This document shows positions 1-8,125 of a DNA stretch of 64,000 nucleotides, in pieces; positions within the stretch are counted from its first letter, which is position 1; each line of letters opens with the position of its first letter. Origin of the DNA: an uncultured Rhodospirillaceae bacterium (lineage in GTDB: Bacteria > Pseudomonadota > Alphaproteobacteria > Rhodospirillales > UBA2165); contig CAZXGI010000006.1 in assembly GCA_964639965.1 (NCBI GenBank), positions 1,554 through 65,553 of the forward strand, read 5' to 3'. Both the position numbers and the translations under genes were made by a program. The notes under the pieces were generated by a model, which had not been told where the DNA came from, made no database searches, and was given only the letters and a program-made list of their open reading frames with translations.

Positions 1-9
1 AGGCGTGAT

Positions 10-1251
10 ATGACCACACTATTACCAACACCAAAACGAAAAGATCCGGTTAAACGCACCCGCAAACCAAGCAAACCCCCAGGCGATCGTTCTAGGGAAG
101 CACAGGGGCTAGCTGCAATGGCGGCCTCAGGAAGATTTGCGCTCCAAGTCTGCCGAGAGTGTAAAAAAACACAATATCCGCCCCGTCAATTCTGTGGCGG
201 ATGTTTAAGTGACCAGATAGAATGGCAAGATGTTTCTAATGGAGGCAAACTACTTGCGGAGACGACATTGCAACACTCAAATGATGTGTTCTTCAGAGAT
301 CGACTTCCATGGCGTCTTGGCATTATAATCGCCGATGCCGGACCTTCTATAATTGTGCACTTGGCCGAAGACTGCGTTCAAGGACAACGCGTTCGTATGT
401 CACTAGCAATCGATCGCGCTGGAAATGCGGCTATTACGGCGAGACCAGAAAAACCAACACCACAGGAGGAAGATGACTTGCAATTACGTGAAATGGCTTT
501 TGACCCAAAAGACAGAAGGGTTTTAATTGTTGATGGAAAGACAGAGATGGGCCTTGAGCTTGCAAAAGCCTTCGAGAAAGCTGGCGCCAGAGATATATTT
601 GTCGGGCACTCTCAACCTTGGCGCGCTAGTGTTCATCTTGAAGCCATAAGAAAAATGGATAAAACAACCATTTATCCCCTTGACGTTACCGATTCCGATT
701 CTGTCGAAGAACTTGCCTCCATGATCGGTGACAAAGTTGAGATTATGATTAATAACAGTTATCACTTACGTATGGGAGGCGTACTCGATCGTTTTGATAT
801 TAATACCTCCCACGATGAAATGGAAATTCATTATCATGGCTTGATGCGATTAGCCGCCTATTTTGGGCCAGTGATGCGCTCACGAGGAGCAGATGGGCAT
901 CATGGTGCTACGGCATGGCTTAATATTTTATCGGCATATGCATGGGTTAATAACCCCCAAATGGGTACTTACTCTGCATCACAGGCAGCAGCGTTATCCC
1001 TTTCGCAATGTTTACGAGCTGAACTCGCAGATGGCGGAGTTCGTATAGTTAATACATTCATTGGTCCAATAGAGGATGAATGGTACCAATTAGCGCCACC
1101 ACCTAAACTCGTACCTTCAACAGTTGCCAGAAAAATAGTTGAGTCATTAAAACGTGGAATAGAAGATATCCCAATTGGCGCGGTAGCCGAAGAAATCATT
1201 GAACGACTGGCAGAAAATCCAAAAGAAATAGAACGAACGATAAAATTGTAA
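10..1251 (+). CDS. DUF35-type zinc-ribbon/OB-fold domain fused to a divergent SDR-like (Rossmann) domain
   Basis: 413-aa ORF. The N-terminus has a CREC-x10-CGGC zinc ribbon plus an OB-fold-like segment (DUF35, acyl-CoA-associated family). The C-terminal half has SDR-like VLIVDGKTEMGLELAKAF, INNSY and YSASQAA motifs, i.e. degenerate TGxxxGxG and YxxxK. Confidence 0.6.
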   Translation: MTTLLPTPKRKDPVKRTRKPSKPPGDRSREAQGLAAMAASGRFALQVCRECKKTQYPPRQFCGGCLSDQIEWQDVSNGGKLLAETTLQHSNDVFFRDRLPWRLGIIIADAGPSIIVHLAEDCVQGQRVRMSLAIDRAGNAAITARPEKPTPQEEDDLQLREMAFDPKDRRVLIVDGKTEMGLELAKAFEKAGARDIFVGHSQPWRASVHLEAIRKMDKTTIYPLDVTDSDSVEELASMIGDKVEIMINNSYHLRMGGVLDRFDINTSHDEMEIHYHGLMRLAAYFGPVMRSRGADGHHGATAWLNILSAYAWVNNPQMGTYSASQAAALSLSQCLRAELADGGVRIVNTFIGPIEDEWYQLAPPPKLVPSTVARKIVESLKRGIEDIPIGAVAEEIIERLAENPKEIERTIKL

Positions 1252-1279
1252 TTGTACTAAATTAGAATGGAACACTTAT

Positions 1280-2083
1280 ATGCCTAATAATAATCAAAGT
1301 GAACAAAGATTACTAACAAGCTTGTTGAACGGGATCACGGGAGGTAACATAAGTGTTGTAGATTTAACCATGACCCTTGACCGAAAAGTTCCTACCATCG
1401 TATTACCGCCGGAACTGGGCCAATCCTGGCCCTTTCGAATGGAAGAAATTTCTCGGTACGACGCCAGAGGGCCAGCCTCTTATTGGAATAATTTCTCCTG
1501 TGGTGAACATACTGGTACACATTTTGACGCCCCAATACATTGGATCTCGGGTAAGGATTTACCAAATAACGCAACTGATACAATCCCACCTGATATGTTT
1601 ATCGCACATGCTTGTGTTATCGATTGCTGCGCAGAAGCAAACGAAGATCCCGACTATCTTTTAACAGTCAAAGATGTCGAAATTTGGGAGGAAAAATATG
1701 GTACAATTCCGCCACGTTCTTGGTTGATTATGAGGACTGATTGGTCGCTTAAAAAGGACCCCGTCGAATATCTGAATTTAGATGATGAAGGATCGCATAC
1801 ACCGGGACCTCATCAGGATCTAATACCTTGGCTGATTGATGAACGCGATGTTGTTGGATTTGGATGCGAAGCGGTTGGCACAGATGCAGGGCAAGCCGCC
1901 CACTTTACTGTACCAATGCCTTGCCATCATCTGATGCATGGGAGAGGACGTTTTGGGCTCCCGGCGCTAACTAATCTAGATAAACTGCCACCGCATGGCT
2001 CAGTACTTATAACACCTCCTCTAAAGATACGCCAAGGTTCGGGAAGCCCTGTTAGGGTATTGGCACTGACGGAACAGACCTGA
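1280..2083 (+). CDS. Cyclase-family metal-dependent hydrolase (kynurenine formamidase-like)
   Basis: 267-aa ORF with the family signature HTGTHFDAPIHW (HxGTHxDxPxH). It lies 28 nt after the previous gene. Confidence 0.75.
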   Translation: MPNNNQSEQRLLTSLLNGITGGNISVVDLTMTLDRKVPTIVLPPELGQSWPFRMEEISRYDARGPASYWNNFSCGEHTGTHFDAPIHWISGKDLPNNATDTIPPDMFIAHACVIDCCAEANEDPDYLLTVKDVEIWEEKYGTIPPRSWLIMRTDWSLKKDPVEYLNLDDEGSHTPGPHQDLIPWLIDERDVVGFGCEAVGTDAGQAAHFTVPMPCHHLMHGRGRFGLPALTNLDKLPPHGSVLITPPLKIRQGSGSPVRVLALTEQT

Positions 2084-2090
2084 ATACCAA

Positions 2091-3635
2091 ATGACCGGCT
2101 CTAACAACATTTACCGACCATCGCAAACGGTCCAGAAAGCAAGTAAGACCAATATCGGCAAGCTCTTTGAAAGTAAAGCAAAGCTGATACCAGAAGCTAC
2201 TGCTATCATCGAATATGATAACAAAACCACCTACGGCGAATTGAATGCCAGAGCCAACCAATTAGCCAATGGTCTCATCGAGAAGGGATTAGAACATGGC
2301 GACCGAATTGCCATAATTTCCCGGAACAGCACCGCATATCTTGAATTAGAGTTAGCATGCGCAAAAACAGGTATTATTTTAGTCGGTATAAATTGGCGAC
2401 TTGCAAAAGAAGAGATAAGACATTGTCTCGACCTAACACAACCTAAATTAATTTTTGCTACCATTGAATTCCAAGAAGTATTGCCGAACAGTGAAAAGAT
2501 GGAAAACATATTATTTCACACTGAATATGAAAATCTAATTGGTAACTCGCCTAATAAAGAACCTGACTTCAACGTTGATGGCGAAGATGGACTGGTAATA
2601 ATTTTTACCAGTGGCACGACCGGGTTGCCAAAAGGTGCTTTGATAAGTCACCGCGCTCTTATTACTAGAGCTCTAATTTTTACCGCAGAGACCAGTGCTC
2701 CAAAAAATGATACCTTTATAGCCTGGTCGCCTCTATTTCACATGGGGTCAAATGATTTTAGCATAGCAACCCTAATACATGGCGGCCAAGTTGTAATTAT
2801 TGATGGTTACGATCCCAAAGAAATGATCAAAACGATAGAGACCTATTCAGTACACTATCTGACGGTTGTCCCGGGAATGATAGAGGATTTTATTAACCAA
2901 TTAAAATCTGCAAAAGCAAAACCAAAGCCAATTGGTTTAATTGGAGCTATGGCCGATCTGGTTCCCAAACCATTACTCAAAGAAATTACTAATCTTCTTG
3001 ACGCTCCTTATTGGAATACCTTTGGCTCAACTGAAACAGGCAATCCTCCGGCTTCTGCTAATTTGATTGCGATTGGCACCGCACCAGAAAATCTTCCAAA
3101 GCAACAGAATAATTTTTGCGAAATTCGTTTGGTTGATCCAGACGACAATGATGTTGAGGTCGGAAAACCTGGTGAGCTGGCAATTAGGGGGCCTAGTTTG
3201 TTTTCTGGGTATTGGGCAAATGAGAAAGCCAACGAGGAGTCATTCCGTAATGGCTGGTTTCATATGGGGGACGTATTCCGACGAACTCCAGAAGGTCTAT
3301 TAGAATTTGTTGACCGAGTGAAATACATGATCAAATCCGGTGGAGAAAACATTTATCCGGCAGAAATTGAGAAACATATTATGGCAGATGAAAGAGTTGT
3401 CGATGTTGCCGTAGTAAGGAAACCAGATGAACGTTGGGGGGAAGTGCCCGTAGCTTTCGTTGCTTGTAATACTGATGATATAAAGAATTCCGATATAATC
3501 GAACTATGCCGCAATCGTATTGCCAACTATAAACTGCCAAAAGAAGTTCATTTCATGAAAAGCGATAACATGCCTCGAACCCATTCTGGTAAAATTCAAC
3601 GCCATATCCTGGAGCAGAGACTGAGCGACTCGTAA
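2091..3635 (+). CDS. AMP-forming acyl-CoA synthetase/ligase
   Basis: 514 aa. AMP-binding signature FTSGTTGLPKG, plus GWFHMGD and the C-terminal SGKIQR. Confidence 0.85.
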   Translation: MTGSNNIYRPSQTVQKASKTNIGKLFESKAKLIPEATAIIEYDNKTTYGELNARANQLANGLIEKGLEHGDRIAIISRNSTAYLELELACAKTGIILVGINWRLAKEEIRHCLDLTQPKLIFATIEFQEVLPNSEKMENILFHTEYENLIGNSPNKEPDFNVDGEDGLVIIFTSGTTGLPKGALISHRALITRALIFTAETSAPKNDTFIAWSPLFHMGSNDFSIATLIHGGQVVIIDGYDPKEMIKTIETYSVHYLTVVPGMIEDFINQLKSAKAKPKPIGLIGAMADLVPKPLLKEITNLLDAPYWNTFGSTETGNPPASANLIAIGTAPENLPKQQNNFCEIRLVDPDDNDVEVGKPGELAIRGPSLFSGYWANEKANEESFRNGWFHMGDVFRRTPEGLLEFVDRVKYMIKSGGENIYPAEIEKHIMADERVVDVAVVRKPDERWGEVPVAFVACNTDDIKNSDIIELCRNRIANYKLPKEVHFMKSDNMPRTHSGKIQRHILEQRLSDS

Positions 3636-3659
3636 CCCTATTCTACACAGAATTACCTA

Positions 3660-5066
3660 TCACTTAGTTATAAATGGAAGCCAAGTTGCGATATTTGGAA
3701 ATATCACTATCATTGCAACGAGAAATATTGCACACATCATAAATGGAATTGCCGCCATGCATATTTCGCTAAAACGCGTACCTGGTGGACACACGCCCTG
3801 CATCACAAATAAAAGAAGTCCAAACGGAGGTGTAGTGAAGCTTATTTCCATAGCCAGCAACATTATCACCCCAAACCATATAACCTGGCGGTCAGGTCCC
3901 ATGCCAAAATCAAAACCAGCCATAATGGGAAAAAATATTGGCACGGTTAGCAACATCATGGCCAATTGATCCATAAACATGCCAAGGAGTAAAAGTATAC
4001 CAAACATAATTAATAACATTACAAACCCAGACACTTCAAAACCCGTAACCCACTGAATAAGTTTTACACTTGATCCGGAGGCCGCAAGGACATTTGAAAA
4101 TAAACTAGATCCGAATAAGATCATCAATGCAATAATAGTAACCCTCCCGGCGCCCCACATGGACTTCCACAAGGCAACCTGAAATGTTGGCCAAAATACC
4201 CTAACTTTGGCTTTATCTCCCTGTAGCAAAGGAATAATAAAGAGGTATATCAGGGAAAGAATAACTACACCAAGAGACCCATATGCTGCAGATTCTGAAG
4301 GCGTTGCTACACCAAACATAATGAGCAAAATTACCATAAAGATGACGGAAACCATAGGAACCACATCGGTCAAAAAAGTCTTTATTCGTTTAGACCATTG
4401 GATATATTTAATTTCGTAAACAGGCGCTACTGAAGGGTCCAGCGTGGCTCGTAAATAAATTAGAACAGCATACATACAGGCGAGTATTAATCCAGGAACA
4501 ACTCCCGCAATCAGAAGTTTACCAATATCAATTTCAGCTAAAGTTCCAAGCAATACAGCTAGAGCAGAAGGTGGTATTAGCATTGCCAAACCACCTGTTC
4601 CAAGAATCGGGCCTATAGACATGCTTTTTTTATATCCACGCTCAGTCATCTCTGGAACCATCAAGGTACCCAAGAGAGCTGTTGACCCCATAGATGATCC
4701 AGATAATGTTGCAAAAGCAGTACCTCCGGCAACTGTGACATAAGATAAACGCGCTGGAGCACGGCCCATCAAATTCTCGATAGCATTGAACATACGTTTA
4801 GCTAAACCTGTGTGAAAAAATAGTTCACCCATTAATAAAAACATAGGTATTGGAACAATCGCAAAAATTGTCATATTTCCAAACGCATTATCAGTCAGTT
4901 GACCAATACTCGCAGACAAATTTGCATCGAGACCTTCGAATCGACCGTAAATAAAAAATGCTGCTATTGAGTTAACTGCTATGAAAGCAATGCCAACCGG
5001 AACACCTACAAACATCAAAATTAGGATCGAGCCCAACAATAAGGAAAGTATCCAATACCATTCCAT
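3660..5066 (-). CDS. TRAP transporter large permease (DctM family)
   Basis: 468-aa polytopic membrane protein. It overlaps the upstream small-permease gene by 1 nt, and its hydrophobic pattern and length are typical of DctM. Confidence 0.85.
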   Translation of the reverse strand: MEWYWILSLLLGSILILMFVGVPVGIAFIAVNSIAAFFIYGRFEGLDANLSASIGQLTDNAFGNMTIFAIVPIPMFLLMGELFFHTGLAKRMFNAIENLMGRAPARLSYVTVAGGTAFATLSGSSMGSTALLGTLMVPEMTERGYKKSMSIGPILGTGGLAMLIPPSALAVLLGTLAEIDIGKLLIAGVVPGLILACMYAVLIYLRATLDPSVAPVYEIKYIQWSKRIKTFLTDVVPMVSVIFMVILLIMFGVATPSESAAYGSLGVVILSLIYLFIIPLLQGDKAKVRVFWPTFQVALWKSMWGAGRVTIIALMILFGSSLFSNVLAASGSSVKLIQWVTGFEVSGFVMLLIMFGILLLLGMFMDQLAMMLLTVPIFFPIMAGFDFGMGPDRQVIWFGVIMLLAMEISFTTPPFGLLLFVMQGVCPPGTRFSEICMAAIPFMMCAIFLVAMIVIFPNIATWLPFITK

Positions 5067-5632
5067 TAATTGGATTCCCGTAAATCGCGCTGAGTGTCTT
5101 CCAACTCTATGCGGTCGCTAGCCACTCCGGCCAATCCGGTATGCATAGGTTCAGAAAGAACTGTAAAACGAAAAAATTCAACGGCCATCATAAAAAAACC
5201 AATAGGAAATGGAATTGTACTTACCCAAAGAGGAATATCAAACTGAGCACGCAGTTCATCAAAAGCCATTGTATCTTCAAATCGTTCGACAAACAGCAGC
5301 CATGTATACCAAGCCCACAACAAGCAAACCAATCCTGATACAAAACAGATAAATCTCGATAGGCTTCTTCTATGACGCTCGCTAAGAGCAGCGGTCAGAA
5401 TTTCTATATATACATGGCCGCGATTTCGGACCAACCACGGCGAGCCCAAGAAAAGAATGAAAATAAATCCATACTCAATAAATGGGAAGGTATATTGGTT
5501 ATAAGCAAGACCAAAAAAACGGAAAGCGCTCGCATAAACTATTGCGATCATAATGAGTGCAACATAGACTGCCGCGACACCCATAAATACCGCTAATACC
5601 TTCCCCCAAAATACGTCAATATTTTTCAACAT
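5066..5632 (-). CDS. TRAP transporter small permease (DctQ family)
   Basis: 188-aa protein of about four TM helices, positioned between the DctP-like and DctM-like genes. Confidence 0.7.
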   Translation of the reverse strand: MLKNIDVFWGKVLAVFMGVAAVYVALIMIAIVYASAFRFFGLAYNQYTFPFIEYGFIFILFLGSPWLVRNRGHVYIEILTAALSERHRRSLSRFICFVSGLVCLLWAWYTWLLFVERFEDTMAFDELRAQFDIPLWVSTIPFPIGFFMMAVEFFRFTVLSEPMHTGLAGVASDRIELEDTQRDLRESN

Positions 5633-5683
5633 AAAAAATTGCTAAACCAACAATTTTCTAAATAGGTTTAAATTAGTATATTC

Positions 5684-6697
5684 TTATTGCCGGAATGCTG
5701 CACGAAGTTTGGCAACATGGCCCGAGGGTCGACCGGATTTCTTAAGTCGACCCATCATTCGCGCATATGCGGAGTCGACTGCTAACTTGACATATTTTTT
5801 GCCACTTGGGACCGAATGAAACTTCATGCCGCCTTTTTTAAGCGCAGCTATTTCCTCTTTATGCAATTTTTTTAGAATTCCAGCATTAATTACTTCGTAT
5901 TCTTTGACGGTCGACTGGATAATATCCTTAGCTTTTGCACTTAACCCATTCCACTTCTTTAAATTAACAATCCAGCCAATATCGGTTTGGTAGAAATCTG
6001 GAACAATAGCATGCCTCAAGAATTTATCCCACTTTAGTCCTCGTAAGCCATAGGTGGCCCAAGCGGCAGAATCAACAACGCCTTTTTCTAAGGCAGCATA
6101 AACCTGAGTGGCGGGAAGATTATGTGTAGATGCCTTAAGTGCTTTTAAGAAAGCTCCATAAATCGGATTATCACGCATTTTCACTCCAGTAAAATCGGGT
6201 AGTCCGTTTGGCCCAAATTTTGGAGGATTTTTTAGATAAATACGGAACTTATTCCCGTTAGTCGTCCATCCCAAATATTTAATCTTCATATGCTTCTGCT
6301 GTAGTTTGTCGAGTATATCCATGCCCCCAGCCTGACGTGCTTGAGCTGCTGTAGAACTCGCAGTTGAAACAGCTTCCAACTCTGGGATACCGCGCGCATA
6401 AAACGCTGCGGGTATGCAATTCAAGTCTACACGCCCTTTACTTACTGCGGGAGCTTGCTGAAACATTTTAATCGAGTTAAAAGGAAGAATTTCAATTTGA
6501 ACGACGCCTTTGCCTCTTTTGTTTATTTCTGTGGCTAAAGCTTTGCAGTTTTTTGTATATATCAGAAAATCTGGAAAGGGGTAAACGAGCGTTAATTTAG
6601 TTTCTGCGCGTGCAGTCAACGGCACATTAACTAAAGCTGCAAGAAAACCACTCAAAGCTAACGCAACTAGGCCAATCGAAGTTTTAAATTTTTTCAT
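5684..6697 (-). CDS. TRAP transporter periplasmic solute-binding protein (DctP family)
   Basis: The ORF runs 5684-6727. The likely start is the internal MKKFKTSIGLVALALSGFLAA signal peptide (ATG at 6697, GGAG about 10 nt upstream). It sits next to DctQ/DctM. Confidence 0.75.
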   Translation of the reverse strand: MKKFKTSIGLVALALSGFLAALVNVPLTARAETKLTLVYPFPDFLIYTKNCKALATEINKRGKGVVQIEILPFNSIKMFQQAPAVSKGRVDLNCIPAAFYARGIPELEAVSTASSTAAQARQAGGMDILDKLQQKHMKIKYLGWTTNGNKFRIYLKNPPKFGPNGLPDFTGVKMRDNPIYGAFLKALKASTHNLPATQVYAALEKGVVDSAAWATYGLRGLKWDKFLRHAIVPDFYQTDIGWIVNLKKWNGLSAKAKDIIQSTVKEYEVINAGILKKLHKEEIAALKKGGMKFHSVPSGKKYVKLAVDSAYARMMGRLKKSGRPSGHVAKLRAAFRQ

Positions 6698-6782
6698 GAT
6701 AATTTCACTCCACTGATTAAAGTTCACTCGACAGAATTTACGGCTAGGACACTATAGCATAGCCGTTATCTTGTAAATTATT

Positions 6783-6801
6783 CTAAACAAAATTTGTTTA
6801 G
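6783..6801. promoter_or_regulatory. Perfect 9-1-9 inverted repeat CTAAACAAA-A-TTTGTTTAG, candidate operator upstream of the TRAP binding-protein gene
   Basis: Read directly from the sequence. It lies in the 116-nt spacer between the isochorismatase-like gene and the dctP-like gene. A nearby second inverted repeat, ACGGCTA-N13-TAGCCGT, sits around 6742-6768. Confidence 0.35.
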
Positions 6802-6843
6802 TGGCAAAATAACTGTAATACGGATAAACTTTACCCGTAATTC

Positions 6844-7527
6844 TTATAACAACTTTTCACAAATTTCATCAGAACTCTGAACGTCTACAAACATACCATA
6901 AAGCGCCTTAAGAGCATTCTCATGATAATCAATTGTCATTGCCGCCAATCCATCCATAACCATAATGGTTCGATAATTAAGCATCATTGCATCTCGCGCA
7001 GTAGCTTCACAACAAACGTTTGTAGCAACACCAGAAATCAATAAAGTATCAATGTTATGGGAATTCAGTTCCTTAGCAATATTAGAAGAACCAGGAATAA
7101 ACGCGCTAAATCGAGATTTCTTAACATATAAATCACTTTGCTCTGTATTTAATTCTGGCCAAATTTCATAACCCTCGTGATCCTCTGCTAACTCAGTATT
7201 TCTGCGCTCCCAATTTTCCGGTGTATATAGTTCACGATAAACGCCCCAATTCTCAGTCGCTTCAGGAGCAGCCGTAGTTTGTATCCAAATAACGACCCCA
7301 CCTTTTTCCCGCAAATCACTTGCCATCCTATTTATTACAGGGACGATTTCAATGGCCATTGGGCAAGCAGCCAAAAAACCTGATTTCATAAAATAATTCT
7401 GCATATCGACAACAACTAATGCTGTTTTCTTTGCAACAAAACTTTCATTAATATAACTTCGCCCCAAACGACTTTGGGACTGATTACGAAACCAACTTTC
7501 CAAACTTTGATGCTCGATATTATCCAT
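6844..7527 (-). CDS. Isochorismatase-family cysteine hydrolase (amidase type)
   Basis: ALVVVDMQNYF (Asp), VKKSRFSAF (Lys) and GVATNVCCEATARDA (nucleophile Cys) form the D-K-C triad. The ORF extends to 7563, but ATG 7527 gives a TAA-AGGA-ATG junction with the upstream gene. Confidence 0.75.
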   Translation of the reverse strand: MDNIEHQSLESWFRNQSQSRLGRSYINESFVAKKTALVVVDMQNYFMKSGFLAACPMAIEIVPVINRMASDLREKGGVVIWIQTTAAPEATENWGVYRELYTPENWERRNTELAEDHEGYEIWPELNTEQSDLYVKKSRFSAFIPGSSNIAKELNSHNIDTLLISGVATNVCCEATARDAMMLNYRTIMVMDGLAAMTIDYHENALKALYGMFVDVQSSDEICEKLL

Positions 7528-7531
7528 TCCT

Positions 7532-8125
7532 TTAGCCTTCCAATGAATTGAGTATTTCCTCACAAGTCCTGATTTCAGCTACTGTTCTCAAACCCTCAAT
7601 AGAAAGATCATGGACTTTCATATCAAAAGCTGCACATCCGTCCGATAATACCGTATTATGATAACCATGTACATGAGCATCCCGAACAGTTGACGCGACA
7701 CCACCATTTGTAACAATACCTCCATATATCAAATGGTTTATTCCAGCTTTTTTTAACACCCAATCCATACGGCTCATATAAAAAGCTGAATACGCTATTT
7801 TTTCTACTAACAAATCTGTTGGAGATAGTTCATTAACAAGCCTATGACCAAAGCTACCAGGAAGAAAGTCTCCCTCAGCAAGAAATGGGCGCAATTTTAG
7901 CAAATGATCGGCGATAAAAGGTTGACCATTCTTACCTGGCACCAAAGTAAAATGTGTTGAAACTATCCAACCTCCAGCCATCCGAACTGCATCTGCAACA
8001 GGTTTTAATTTTTTGGGTAATACTTTAATATAATCTGACGTTGCCCCGCCCCTAGCATAAGCACCTTCCGGATGAATGAAATCGTTCTGCATATCAATAA
8101 GAACAAGCGCTATTGTTTTACTCAT
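7532..8125 (-). CDS. Isochorismatase-family hydrolase paralog lacking the nucleophilic Cys
   Basis: ALVLIDMQNDF and EKIAYSAF are present, but the Cys position reads GIVTNGGVASTVRDA (Gly). The start overlaps the hyuA stop (TAATG). Confidence 0.75.
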   Translation of the reverse strand: MSKTIALVLIDMQNDFIHPEGAYARGGATSDYIKVLPKKLKPVADAVRMAGGWIVSTHFTLVPGKNGQPFIADHLLKLRPFLAEGDFLPGSFGHRLVNELSPTDLLVEKIAYSAFYMSRMDWVLKKAGINHLIYGGIVTNGGVASTVRDAHVHGYHNTVLSDGCAAFDMKVHDLSIEGLRTVAEIRTCEEILNSLEG

